Of a stretch of 64,000 nt of DNA, positions 39,814 to 53,928 are shown piece by piece. Source of the DNA: Oopsacas minuta (taxonomy: Eukaryota > Animalia > Porifera); the NCBI GenBank assembly GCA_024704765.1, contig JAKMXF010000342.1:157351-221350 (forward strand), in the 5' to 3' direction. The position numbers and the translations under genes were made by a program. The notes under the pieces are model-generated. The model was given only the letters and a program-made list of their open reading frames with translations, was not told where the DNA came from and did no database searches. Position 1 is the stretch's first letter. The number at the start of each line of letters is the position of its first letter.

Positions 39814-41799
39814 TATTTTTTTAACCCAGGCCAGATTTAAGTTAGTGGTAGCCTATTGCAGTCAAGTTATTTTTTGAGTCGAAGGGCGTTTTTCCTTATC
39901 CAAACTGGAACTTCTTGAAATTACAGTCAAATTGCGTTTAGAACATTTATATACGTTTTGCCTTAAATGTCCCGTCTACCTGCGTTTATATAGAATGCAG
40001 CATTCCATCTTCAGTAGATACTCATCTATACCATATTCGTCTAATTCAGGCGCCGTTCTAGATTATTCGCCCCTGGCTGGTAAAGGAAGTTTCCTCAGCC
40101 CTATTAAAAGGCGCTCCCGAGGGAATGATTAATTTGACCCGAGTACATAATTAGAGCTTACAGTTGCGAGTGTGTCAAAACTGACACTTGAAAATGCAGA
40201 TATTGCCAACATCAGTAAGTCGTACTAGCCACTAATAGTAAGAATATGTAAGAAGCTGTCAGTAATACTATGTACGTATGTGTATAGTTTTCTACTTTTG
40301 TTGCTCTGTTATGTACTAACATGGCCAGGGAGGATTTTCTTAGTTAGGTGCCGTCCTATGTTAAGCGCCGGCTGGAACAAATCATAATTTTTGTTCAAAA
40401 GAAAGTCGCCATGTAACACAAAAATTTTTAAACGGCACCTGAATTAAAACTAATTAGCGCTCTTCGCTTGCTAGGTCGTTGCGCGAGAGCTTAGAGCTTC
40501 AGGTTAGCTTAAGGATTAAACAGCTACATTTGTTTATACTTTTGGTCGCTACATAACGAGATATACTTGGCACTACGCCCTCGGGATGAATTTTTCGCTT
40601 AAATTTACATTTTATATTATCCTTGGTCCTTCCAAATTCCACTTAATGGCCTTTTGTGTTAATACATCAGCTTTACGTGACTTTAGGTTAGTAATCTGAG
40701 AAAGTCGTACCTCGGCTAACTCATCCCTTTTCTAAAATCCAAAAGATACTTTTTGGGTTTCTGTATAGTGGCTATGGTATAACCTAGAGGTCGCATGATC
40801 TCAACACGCCTGTATTTTCGGCCTGAGCCCTGTCCGAATGTATTATTACTACATACATTATCACAGAATACTATATAAGTTTAAAATGGCTCAAAATGGT
40901 GATGACCAAATACAATGAATGAGTTGAGTCAAAATTTTGAATTTAGATCTCATGTACTTGTTTCGTTCATACAAGTTTCAAATGCAAAATAATTGCCTAC
41001 GGTCATTCATTTATCCAAAGAAGTATTTTTGTGTTATTTACCTGAATACTCAAATTGGTACACCCATTTCCTCTGGACCCTTTCCTGAATATTCCTAGAC
41101 TTTTGTGTAAATCAATAACCTTAGCGATATGGGTATGTAGAATGGGGGTTTGCATTTTCTCATATGCAAATTTAAAATTTAAAACCTACATAGGCTTGCT
41201 CTCCAAGGCTAGATATGGTAACAAACAACGCTGAACTCAAATTTAGCATATCCAAATTTAGCATATTCAAGTTTCTCATATATAATTTTTTTAGTTTTCT
41301 AATTGATTGTCTAATTACTTGTCTACAATTTATATGCATATTTGTATAAATACTTGGCAAAATTTGGGTAATACCCACCCAAAAATATCAGGTTGGGACA
41401 AAACCACTCTCCATCCTTAGTTGGTGCATCTGTTGCCAACTAATAAGCTATTGTTGCATTTTCATAATGTTGTACTTGACCTAAATCTGAAGTTTATATA
41501 ATCTGTTAGAATTTAATGTGACGCATTTTTAAATTATTTCTTATTTCGCAATTGATATTTTGTTTCTTACTCCAAGTAGTTTTAGTGGTCATTTGGCACA
41601 TTAATTAGGTGAATGGGATATATAACAATTATATTGATACATTGAAATTCAACAATTCTCTTTGTGTGGGAAGACTTGTAATTAAGTGTGACTATATATT
41701 CAAATTCTATGATCATTATTCAATGCCATTATTATCAATAACATTATGGTATGCTATAAATATTATATACCGAATTCTCTATTCACAAAAACAATGCCA

Positions 41800-41988
41800 C
41801 ATTATATAATGGGTCTCGAATCGATTGAAATGGTGGATAATTGTCACCACATATATATTTTGTTGGCTTAGGTTCAAAACCAAGAAATGTATATTTTGTC
41901 GAGTACTGTTCACCATCTTATATGCCTGGAATTTTTCCTCACTATTATAGTTGCTTTTACAATCGGGTGCAGAACAGGGACTTGGCAT
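41800..41988 (-). pseudogene. THAP zinc-finger relic
   Basis: MPSPCSAPDCKSNY...HHF fits a THAP N-terminus (CxxxxC...HF); the middle is decayed. Confidence 0.6.
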
Positions 41989-44442
41989 TGTATGAGCAGA
42001 TATAAATGTATTCAGCTCATAAATAGCGAAAGAGTTCAAGTTCACTAAAATCAATATCAATATAATTTACATGGGGATAATTGAATATCTATGGATTAAT
42101 CAAAACTTAATAAGTAATTAATTACCATTTGTGGGTTAATAACAATGGAAAATTTAAAGATTAAACAAGCCGATGCTTTGTTAAAATCGCAAGAACACGA
42201 ATAGATACCTTATAGTAATACTTTATTATACACTCCGAAAATGATTATCCCCATACTGGTTAATATTTAAGTTGAGTGGACACGTGCATTCATGGTCCAA
42301 ATTTCAGTTGTGAGGCCTTATGTTCAGTAGGCTATGCTATAGACTTATTTAATGGTAAAAAGTAATAATTCATTAACAATACAGTACTAGGTGTACAAAA
42401 TATTAGATAAATATGCCAATCAATGTTTTGACACTTTTCAATAGTAACCGATCTATATTACAGACACCGATACATAACTCCAATTTAGCAAGTTTGACCG
42501 TAGTTCCAATAGTAGTAAGTAGAATAATCCCTAACAAAACCAAGTAAGAATTCGTTATATTTTAAGCTTAATATTATTTATATTAAGAGCATGACATTAT
42601 AGTTGTGAACCAACCTGGTGATATTGAACTACTTAGCCCATTTTTCTTATATATCCTGATTCCAGACACCACAGAAACTCTAATCGTTCCAGAAAGGACT
42701 GTGACCATCTTCATTAATGGTCAAACAGATATATACTAACAAGCTATCGAATGGTCAAGAATAGAATTCCTTGCTTCGGATTCTTATGAATTTAACTAAA
42801 TGTTTTGTATTTTGACCAAATACCGAGATTCACTTAATTAATTAAAATATCTGGAAACCTGGTATAAGTTCTCGGTGATATTAGCCTAAAATTCAAACAA
42901 GAGATAGCGCAATATTTAAAATCTGAGGTCTAAATTAGAGCTGAATCTTAGACAAAATTGTGAGCAGATGACTCCCTATATATCGCACACGGATATAACG
43001 AAATACTAGTTAATATCGAACTCCACATAAATCGAAGAAATTTCCCAGTGTCTTTACTTTCGATGTAACGTTAGGTTGCAGTTTTTTCCTTCACAGGTTC
43101 TAATGTGAATATCTTCAAAACATATTATTTTGCTCCAGAAATTGTACAGTTTGGGGTGTGTTAGGCAATATTTCCATCTTTCAAGCTAGACAAACAGATG
43201 TCTTATGATCGATATCAAAAAGCGAAACTAATATGGCAAATTTGCATTGTTGTTTCGCTTTGAAATTTACAAACCTGAGGGTATACAATACTGTCAACTC
43301 CTCTTAATTGGGGCATATCTCCAGGAACGGAATCTCCATTCCACTTGATACTAAATATTTTCGGTTAATCAGGACAAACTCTGGTTATCGAGCAAAAATT
43401 AGGTACTCAATCATAATTAAATTTCTCTTGATTTAGTAAATTCTAATAAGCTTTGTACTTGGAATAAATTTGAGATTAATAATGGCAATCAAATTCTATT
43501 TACTAAATTTCTATCAACATTGACTCACGAAAGCCACTATACTATACAAAAATTTAAAGTTTGTAATTTGTATGTGTATTACTCAACAATAGAGCGGTAA
43601 ACTTGCTTTAGATACCCACCCTTAGAATGTAATACAAAATTTTATATCCTAAGGACTCCTTTTGTCGTCCTTGGACAGCCAATGACCCCAGGTTGAGAAT
43701 CACCGGAATCGTCTGAAAAATATAGCAATACAAATTACTCTCAATCGTTTGTTCATCTTATAGTCTTCTCTCTGTCGAGGTCTAGCTCGTAACCACTTTT
43801 CACTGCTCTCATTATCAATAAAGAAAGAGAAGGCAGGTATATTCAACTTTAATACAATAGTTTAACTTACAAGTTTCAACCAGGGACCGTCAGGGTATTG
43901 CGAAGATGTTAGATGTAGAATCGAATAACAGTGAAAGTAGAGGTAGAATAGTGTGTTGTGAAGTGGAAATAGATAGTGAAAAGAATACACAGTGTGGAAT
44001 TATGCGGTAATAGGTGGAAATTTGACTCGGGGATTTACCAGAATTAATGTGTGCATTCGACTTTACACTATTTCTAACCTAGAATTATGCTATTATTAGT
44101 TACTTAATGAACTTACACTATATCCAACCAAAGGCTCCAACTTGGGCTAAAAAATTTGAAATTTTCAAACCTGAAAACCACAAATGTAAATTCTTCAAAT
44201 ACCCATGCGATATTTCAGCATTCCCGGATTTTCGGTAATTCAATGGCATTTATCAGTATTCGTATGCAGTATGTGATTAATTTTCACTTGTTTGCAAAAC
44301 AAATAAAATGTTGATTTTTCGTTCTCAAGCATTTTTAGCCGTCTATTTTTATCCTCATTCAGCTCCTTGACCTACATTTTAGGTCCCCGAATCTTGCAAT
44401 GCAAATAATTGCGAGTTGAATAGTCGACAGTTTCGCATAGTA

Positions 44443-45746
44443 CATGGTGTATCGAAAGAGTTGTCGTATAACTAACAATTATCCGTAGTTCATAGTATTC
44501 GCGACCCATTCCTTACTCTTATCATATTCTTATTATTCCGATAGCTGAATTTTTTGTATATTTATCTGCACAAATTATTACATAGTCTCACTTTTTGATA
44601 TTTTTTCCAAGTTTTCAGATTTTTGTGCACTTTTCGCATAATAGATGTCAACGACATTGGTATTGAACTTCGAAATAAAGCCATAGGGATGCTAAAGGCT
44701 GGTTTGACTCTTAAAAAGTGTCAGAAACTATAGATATTCCATTAGATCATTCCAAAGATGCTCCCTTCGGGAAATTTGGACAATCCTTGGATACTTTACC
44801 CATGAGCGGACGCCCAAATATCCTTTCTCGCGTTCTCAGGATCATCATATCCAAGACTTTGTGCAAGAGAGGAAAATCTACACGATCTATAGCACCTACA
44901 TTGGTCAATTCTGGTTTTTCTGCTTCACATTCAACAGTCCATCGCTATTTGAGGCATTCCATTAATGTTTCTCCTTACAAAAGGCAGCGAAACTCTCGTC
45001 TCATCAATAAATGATGCAAAATCAACTCGACTTCGCCTTCAAACACAAGAATTGGACTGTAAAGCTTGGTAGAAGGTTTTATGGTCCGATGAATCACCCT
45101 TTGAACTATTTGCACCCACAAACAGGCAGAACGGCCGAGTGTGGCCACATAGTTCGGCCGATGTTCAGTCATTCAATTGTGTTAAATTCCTGGCCAAAAT
45201 CCAAGTTTGGGGATAATGTCTCATCAGGCACTCTCAGAACTCCACATAATCCCTCAGAAACAGAATGTTAATAGAGAATATTATCGGAAAAATATTGAAG
45301 GGAACTTGCATGGATGCAATATGAAGAATAGCAAATTCTGGCACTATTTTGCAACGGTCTATGACTGAAAAGATGTCCCAGTCGATTTTTATGCAAGATG
45401 TCCCTCCAGCTCGCACCACCAAGCCCACTTAGACTTGGTGTTCCGAACACCTGCCAAACTACTAGGCGAAGGTTGACTGGCCAGGCAACTCCCCGGATTT
45501 GAATCTGATCGAAATTTATGGTCTATCCTTGTAGACAAGCTCAGTAAACTCCCCGAAGTTAGCACTATAAATTCCCTCATAATTCATTTGGTAAAGGTGT
45601 GTTCAGAGACTGACCCTGCCTAATCGCATTAGCGAAGTTATGAATCGGTCTGGAGATTATTTTGGTAAATAGAGTATAAGTTTATATTGTGTATTGAATA
45701 TGTTATAGTCAAATATATTATACAACAGCACTTTTGATAAACCCTG
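44443..45746 (+). mobile_element. Tc1-like DD37E (TRT-type) element, degenerate
   Basis: TA-flanked imperfect TIRs CATGGTGTATCGAAAGAG and CACTTTTGATAAACCCTG. VLWSDESPF; FMQD...WPGNSPDLNLIENLW with 37-residue spacing. Confidence 0.85.
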
Positions 45747-46696
45747 TATATCTTTTAATTTTCATTCTTAATACTATCTAGACCCGCCCAAAGCCTCCCA
45801 CATATGCTTTTTTGTCATTGCGTTTATGGGGCACACCTATTCGAATGAAATTTATTTTTAAAAAATTTTCATTTTTGTTATAACATTTATAATTACTGTA
45901 TTTCAAATTTCTTAGTACCATTTTATGAAGTATTCAATGCAGAATTGAATTGGGTTACGCATTGTTATTCATTTTATCTATGACTAGAGCTGGGTGATAT
46001 ATAACACTTAAAAATTTAGAACTCTTTTATTCTTTAATCATAATTATTATTTAAATCAAAATAGCACAGATTACGTCGTAGTCCAATTTCCAGGAGTGCA
46101 ACTAATAATCGGGATTTACTTTATATGACAACATTTCAACATATATCTACAGTGCAAATACCTATTACCCCATAATCGCCATTTTTGCCACACTGTGGAA
46201 TGACGATATGCACATAGGCTAGCTGAGCTAGTGAAAAATTTTTGGAACCTTTTTGAATTTCTTAAAAGAATTATATCAATAATTATTGGTGTAAAGTATA
46301 GGCATATCCTGCTAATATTTATCTAACTTCAGTAGCGGATTTATATCCTAGCATTGTAGATAGAGAATTCTTATGATTTGCACTCATGTATTGATTATTT
46401 GAAGACTCCAGAAATTTATTTTTAACAGTTTCGTAAATTTTTTCCAAAATATCTTCTAAGTAAGTAAGTAAGGTGCATAAATACATCAAATTTACTCAGA
46501 AAATCATTAAATGGTAAACTATATTAGATATCCATTAGAATGGTCCCAAGGCAATTGTCGTCTTTAGTCCAAAATTTTAATTGAGTACTATTGTTTTACT
46601 GAAGTGGTCAACCTTTTCCGGACTCCTTATGTGGTGTCCGTTGACTTCGCGGATCTCGGAACCAGAAACCGTACCATGTATGCCTATATATTGTAC

Positions 46697-48010
46697 GGGA
46701 TATGGACTGTTCTGTACGTGGACATTTCTGTACGTGGTCATTTCGGTTAAATATTAAGTTGGATTGTAAAGGATCACACAAATTAATATCTAAAACCATT
46801 AAGGAATTATGCAACCCAATTGCATATTTTTTTTATTCTTCACTCATGATTTTTCTATTCTTCACACATGTCTTCTTCTTTTAACACCTTATTCATCACT
46901 AATGACAAATAACAACATCAAACATTCGTGATAGAGTCATGATGATTAGTGTAAGTGTATCAGTTAAGCTACCAAAGTTAGAAAGTCTCAAGCGTACCAT
47001 ACGCCGTCAGAGACTATTAACGAGTAATGTGCATCCTCAACCTACAAGTCTCGAAGATCTTGAAATCCCTGAAGAGTACAAACTAACAAATATAAGAGAT
47101 CTATTTCTTCTCTTTGACTCAGGACCAGAACTACAGCGTATATTAATTTTCGAGACCATCAGAATCTTGGAATGTTTGAGGAGTCTCAGTTTTGGCTGGC
47201 TGATGGTACATTTAAAACAGCACCCACATTCTTCACCCAGAGTTATGCTTTCCAAGCCTATTTGTCTTACTCCAACAAGACAGAAGAGATTTATACGAGA
47301 ATGTGGGGCCAGATGCAGCTTCTCTGTCCGAATGTTCACCCCATTCATTTGACCATAGATTTTAGGAAGGCGGCAATAAATCCTTTCCAACTTTTCTGGC
47401 CCAACAACAATTTAAAAGGTTGTTTTTCACTTAACCAGAATTTTTGGCGAAAGGTCCAAGCAAAACTGCATAAGGTTTGCAGCGGACTATAACTCAGATG
47501 AATAATTTGCTTTGAGAATTAGATATCTAACATCTCTAGCTTTCGTTTCGCCCTTCGACGTGCGAGTATTTTGAAGCTTTATTTGAGGAATTTCCAATGC
47601 CCGCTGCAAGGATGGGAACTATATTTTGAACTCACCTACCTAGGACTGATACTCCCTTGTGGAACCCAGCAGGAGCCCATCTCTCCAATAGAGATGAAGG
47701 ATCATCACCACGAATTTCCTCAGGGAATTCCCAGGACAACTAATGCAGTCGAAGCTTGACATCGCTCATACAATGCTACCGTCGGATGTTACCATCCCAA
47801 CATTTGGCGTTTTATCAATGCATTGAAGCGCGAGTAAGGACTTGTAGAAGTAATACAGGCTCAATTTATTGCTCGAGTAAAGCCTACGAAACGTCAAAAG
47901 AATACAACTAATGAAGAAGTGCTTAAAAGTCTGATCTCCGGACACTTTCGAAGATTACCCATGGAGTATTTAAGTGGAGTAGCACATAGAATTGGCGATA
48001 TTATATAAAG
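46697..48010 (+). mobile_element. MULE (FLYWCH/MULE-domain type) transposase relic
   Basis: LKRTIRRQR, PTSLEDLEIPEEY, FLLFDSG, WLADGTFKTAP, TIDFRKAAIN, PRTTNAVEA. Confidence 0.75.
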
Positions 48011-48361
48011 TTTACAAAAGATATCGGAGCGGCAAACATTGATATGTCTCTTAACCTTAATAGCTCCTTTGTATTATCATACCAATATATATCTATATAG
48101 TATATATATATATCAAAGACAAGATATAAATACAATATGGGATACGGACTGTTCGGTAAGTGACAATTCGGTTCAAAATTAAGATGTAGACTAGAAACTC
48201 GTAAATCCCTACTGTTACTGCTAGATTAATGATTTATTGAGAATATTGAAACAAAAATGATAAGTAATAATGAGAGTGAGCACTAGTATTATGTCTCGTT
48301 TAGATGTCATTGTGGATGTTCGAACTATTTCATGATCTAGTTTTGAGCATTGTCATTCCTA

Positions 48362-49560
48362 CAGGGGCATTCAATAAATACTAGTCACTGTCCAAAAGAA
48401 TTACTTGAACTGTTTAAAATTCCTATTTTTTATTAAGAATGTTCCAAATAGTCTCCTCCATACTCAACAACTGAATTCAACCTCTTAATCCAATTTACAA
48501 ATTTCATTTTGTACTCTTCTTTGGGTATGTCATTGAGGTAATGATAAATGGCTCGTACGAGGCTGACTCTATCCTTAAAATTATGTCCAGAAATGTGGTC
48601 TTTCAACTTGCGAAACAGCCAGAAATCACATGGCGCTATATCTGGTGAGTAAGGAGGGTGTAGAACCTCTTATTTCCCCATATACTTAATTTTTTGTCTT
48701 ACAGCCAAAGTTTTATGCAGCCTGGCATTATTGTGAAGAATTTCCAATCCGCGAGTACTTGTTATTGGACGACGTTTGGCATTATACTTTCCAACTTCAG
48801 GTAAAACTACTTCGGTGTAAATTGCCCCAGTAAGTGTCTGGCCTTTTGGCACAGGTATCTGAGCTACTGGATCTAAGGCATCGAAATATATGCAGCAGAG
48901 AACCTTCTCTGCACGAAAGTCTGACACACAGACGGCTGGAAATGCCTCTCCTTTCGTGAGCCAAACCTTCCCGTCCTGCTTTCTAATTGGTGGACTGAGT
49001 GGTATCCACGTTTCATCTCCTGTCACAATTTCAATTCTCTTCTGGGATCGGCTCGCTCGTAAATTTCTAGGTTTCTTTCGCATATTTTGACTCTATCCTA
49101 CTTTGTTTGAATGTTGGGATATGTGGTACCCATCGTACTTGAACATTCCTCAACTCTAATTCTGTTGTAAGGATTGTATGAGCACTACACATTCAGATGT
49201 TCGCATAGCTAGCAATTTCTTCAATAGAAGAACCAGGGTAGTACTCAACCAATGTTGCCACCTCAGACCTTTTATCTTCATTAGTCGACGATTTGGGGCT
49301 CCCGAACAAGGGGCATCTTGGACAGAAGACTCCACCCATGAAGAGGTTACCCACCTCCTAACAGTAGAGTAGCAAAGTGCCCCATCTTCACAAAAAGCAA
49401 CTAGATCATCATGGATAGCCTTTGAAGAGATTTCTAGTAGCGTACGAAATTATATATATGTTCGATTTTCAACCTCAGAAAAGTTTGAGCAAGAAGCCAT
49501 GAAAAACTCAATAGTAAGAATGAGCAATCGGAAAATATATGTAACTAATACAAAGATAGA
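48362..49560 (-). mobile_element. mariner element, defective, 5' TIR not found
   Basis: TA-CAGGGGCATTCAATAAATACTAG terminus. IVTGDETWI, VLCCIYFD, ILHNNARLH, and HPPYSPDIAPCDF on the minus strand at ~48610-48665. Confidence 0.85.
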
Positions 49561-49635
49561 TCTAAATTAAGAAATGTTTTGATCAAGTATAGAAATGTGG
49601 GTCACTAAAATAGTGATTAGTCTTAACGAATTCCC

Positions 49636-50127
49636 CTATAGATGCATTTTCTATAATGTAGCTAGTTGCCAATGGAAGGATTGAGTCGAGAATCTCTATT
49701 GTGAAGAGATTTTCAGAAGTATTTACTTGAATGTTAATGAGTTCCTCTTGTACCAGTATTTCTAATCCAGCAACATCGTCAGTAGTAGCTGTAAACCGGT
49801 TTGCAACAAAATTGAGCTTACTTGTATACTGAATTTCATCTAATTGAATATTCATTTCTTGATTCAAATTGGTTATATGTTCCAAATATTATTGATAGTT
49901 CAATTAGCAGATCAATTTCCCCATGTTCTAACTTTGTTCTCCTTAGTCGCATACGTCGAGAAAAACTCATCATTACTTTTGACATGTTATCATGGNTTAA
50001 TCCGGCCAAGGCAAACCAATTTGATCGTTCGTTTGTGTTCGTATCAATGTTAGAAACAATTCATGTACTATTTAATCGCATAGTTATTGATCCAGCTTCT
50101 CTCCAGGTGCGTTAGTAATGTTGGAAC
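49636..50127 (-). repeat. Fragment C of the unidentified repeat, bridging fragments A and B
   Basis: 49636-49995 matches 32495-32932 and 50005-50127 matches 26860-26992. An ambiguous base (n) lies at the junction (49996). Confidence 0.8.
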
Positions 50128-50499
50128 AAAGTTTTCATGGATTTCTACTTATGATAGTGGACAGAATATTATATATATGACACCCCATGGCTAGATATAA
50201 TACTATGGGTAGTCGTTATATTTGGAGTAACTAATTAGTATTAAGCTTTCTATATACTACTTTAACTACAAATCTACAATATAACAAGTATTGCTACAAA
50301 GAAACACCAAAGCAGAAGTATGGTACTAATTACAGGTTACTGATAACTATCAAAACAGTTAGACTACTGGATATTGTTTCTTTATTTCCATGATAAGGTT
50401 GGAGAAACTAACTTATCCATATTTTTTCTGCTAACAAACTTCAGATAAGTGAGTATCTAAAAGTATGGGGTTAGGAGACATGCAATCCCTCATTCGTTT

Positions 50500-51180
50500 C
50501 TTCCCTCCACTAAATGTACTCTAAACTGTTTGTGTATGTACACCTGTAATAGGGTCAACAAAATTGAGGCTGTAGTTGACGGTGAGATGCTGAAAACTTG
50601 CAGCGGGGATAGAATTATACGAAGCCCATTCGTCAGAAAGTATGGTAGTGTCCGGAAGAATATATCTCTGGATGATAGGGACTAATGTTGCAGCCGACCT
50701 GTCTTGAACAGGTATTATAAAGATATCTTTTGTCTCTCTATCTATTCCTTCAAATACCCATTGACCTGATAGCATACGACCTCTTGAATACTTTCGATGT
50801 CCAAACTTTGATCAATCAATTTCTACATTATGCCCAGGCCCTCCAATTAGTTCAGGATTGACTAAAAATTCCTCAATACATAGGTCTTTGAGGAAGTTCT
50901 TCCAGTCAGTTATAGTATGCTCTCCCCACCTCAGATTCTTGTCTAAAAATACAGTACTTTGCAGATTATCGGCCCAGAAATAGAGGAATTCTACCAACTC
51001 AGTTAATGGTATATGAGCACCTTCAAAGAATTATACAACCCTCATGATAACGAGTTTTTTGCATGACATTTCAGGGCACTGTCACGCCTCTCCATCTGCA
51101 GTACCTGCAAATGTTCCGGGTTTCATTATTCTATAGCATTTGTACACATCCCAGTAGCTAAAAGTCCGTTACATTTGAGT
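50500..51180 (-). mobile_element. Merlin / ISXO2-like (IS1595 family) transposase relic
   Basis: IGGPGHNVEID*SKFGHRKYSRGR, QWVFEGIDRET, RSAATLVPIIQRYILPDTTILSDEW, HLTVNYSLNFVDPITGVHTQTV. Confidence 0.85.
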
Positions 51181-51529
51181 CATGCTATACAAGTACAGTC
51201 TGTTTCAAAAGTATTGGCAGTAGTTCATATTTCATATTTCCTAAGCCTATTCAATTGTGTGATTGTATTATCTATTGATCTTTTCGATATTGCATACTTA
51301 GATAGTCACCATGAAGTTTATCATTAATCATGATGGACTTTCTTAATGTTTACCTCGATTCAGATATTTGAAACGGGGAATTTTGAGGCATAAAAATTTC
51401 CCACCGCCACAGCTGCCAATTTGATCTCATTTAATAAAACAAATTATATTTTAGCCCTATTTGTAGCTAAATATCGCAATTAGAACANATACCGTTCTGA
51501 TACACATATCGGACATATATGATAAGTTG

Positions 51530-51840
51530 AACACAATTTGAGACGTCAGTTGTTTCATCCAACTGCAAAAGCTAATTTTCCGGGCTTGCTTTGATTTGCT
51601 CCACTACTTGTCTGATGCTCTCTAGTGACATGTCTCTAATTCGGCCATGAATCGTATAATTCGTAAGAATCTGCGCAATTTTTTGTCTTGCATCATTACC
51701 ACACACCAACTCTGCCATTTCAATAGCACATGGTTTTATCAGAGTCTCTGCAATAGTATGCGGCTTCTTCTCCTTTGCAATTCTTAATGTCACCCAAAAC
51801 TTGCCTTTTGCTGTTGCTTTTTTTGAGAACATATCCATGA
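51530..51840 (-). mobile_element. Buster hAT transposase fragment
   Basis: LRIAKEKKPHTIAETLIKPC...RIRDMS...LQLDETTDVSN. Confidence 0.8.
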
Positions 51841-51894
51841 ACGTCGAGTGTGCTACTTAATTCGAACCGTGCATGTTCACTCTCGAATACACAT

Positions 51895-52010
51895 TGTAGA
51901 CGAAGATTATTATCCGAGAAGTTCTTCAGTGGAATTAACAGAAACAAAAGATCCTCAGCAACGCTGATCCCGATTATCAAGCAGTACATCTTGCCTGGCA
52001 CTCCTATTCT
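51895..52010 (+). mobile_element. Short, internally deleted Merlin fragment
   Basis: RRLLSEKFFSGINR..RSSATLIPIIKQYILPGTPI. Confidence 0.6.
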
Positions 52011-53928
52011 AGCCCTTGCGTGTAGCCGTGATAGCATTGTGGAAACTATCAGTTACATATATAAAAAGCTTTGAAAGTACTTTGGATCAAGCAAAGAAAC
52101 AGCTTATAAGCAGCAAGGCAACTAATAAAGATATTTCTTAAATATTTAACATGAATTCACGATGTTATCGTCTGTTTCATCATTAATATGTAGCTATAGA
52201 TTTTAAGGCAAATATGCTGAATATTCATACAGTATGGATGATTAGAAGGCATTTTGCAAAAGAAATACCCAAATTATAAAAATTCAAACATTTTTGAATT
52301 TTTGTGAAAAGGGACACTAAGGAAGTAAAACAATTATGCGTTGACGAGAAAAACCAGTTCCTTCAATTATCATCACTCGAAATTTCATAAAGTTGCTACA
52401 TCATCGTTAACAGTTTGAAGTACTGGTATGAACAAGAGATCATCTGATTTATGGAACTTGAAACGGCAGAGTGGCTAATTGAACAATTTTATGTGGATGT
52501 TAGAACAGTTTCATTCTAGTTGCAAGAAAAACTGGTAGGCATGGCGAGTAATGCTCATTTTACAATGATGGGATATGATCGATTTTGGATTGCAATCCCA
52601 TGACGAAATATTTTCACCCAATATGTAGAAAGAAGCCAAACTAGTTTTGGCGTTCCCGACTTCTTGTCTTATTAAGAAAGATTTACCGCAGTAGTTCAAT
52701 TGCTGACGAAGCAAAGAAACCAACTGGATACTTCTCAATGTGAAGATTAGAGATTGCAAGTCACTTATATGAAACCGCATCGAATATGGATTCCGACGAA
52801 CAGCAAGCTTAATTGCACCCTTCTGATAGATTAAACTAATACAAATTATAGTCAAACTTGTCTATTAGGCCCCCGAAGAGACTGGCCAAAGCGGCCGTCA
52901 TGTACAGGAGAAGTTAGATAGAAGTTGATTTCTATAGAAAATTCCAGCGGACTTTATTAAAGTTGACCGTTATAAGCATGTGACAGTTATACAGAGGTGT
53001 CCCTTAAGCAGCTTCTACTGCAACAGAAAATGGAGACTTTCTGTAGGGACAATATAGAGGATAAGGTGCTTCAAGGGTCTCTGGGCAAAAAGTTTGAAAA
53101 CACTTTTTACTTTTTGCAATTTCAATTTTCCTATCCCTCAATTTAGTCGATGACTTACATAACATTGATGTAGTATATTTTGCAAACATACCAGCGTTAA
53201 ATTATTTTCTGATTCCTATCTTCTAAACTAAAGTTCCAAGACATGAATGGGGCAATTTTCAACAGTAATTTATCATTAAGTTAGGTTAGGGATTCCTATA
53301 TTGGGCGCTACCGCATCGCTTGGGGGCATTACCGTACTATTTGGGGCCTCTGAGAAGTAGGGGGTGGTTAGGGGTTGCTTGAAAGTACGTAAGGGGCAGT
53401 TAGGGGATGCGGCTAACCTTAAGCTGGAGGAACATGGACCGCACATAAGTACCTCCCTCAACTGGCACCCTTATTTTATATCAGTCCAAAAGAATTTCAC
53501 CATTTGATTTAATTCTCATACTAACATTGACTACAGTTATTATATTTCATATTGGATTACGTTTGTATACAGTATGTAAACTAAATGACAGAATTCGAAT
53601 ACCTAAGGAAACCCATATGTACATTATGGGTTGTAACTACCATAGAGTTAATGATATTTCCGAGATCCGAGCAAATTCTAAGATCCTGGCACCCTCCGGT
53701 CTCACACTGCCCGGATCTCGGAGGTTCTACTGTACACGTAAATTATTTTGATACCATTGCTGGCTTCGACTGGAATTCTAGATAATGTGCTAAATAATGC
53801 AACAACTTTTGACACCACCATTGGCGGATATAACTACACTGTCCATCCATTAGTAGAGATACGTATTAATAACACGTTAAACTAATCTAGAGACTCACCA
53901 ATTTATTATCTCCTCATCAAGATGTCCT

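Noticed and set aside
41380-41440. DGEWFCPN on the minus strand, resembling a PHD-finger end
   Set aside because: The preceding Cys/His ligands are absent; a single short motif is insufficient.
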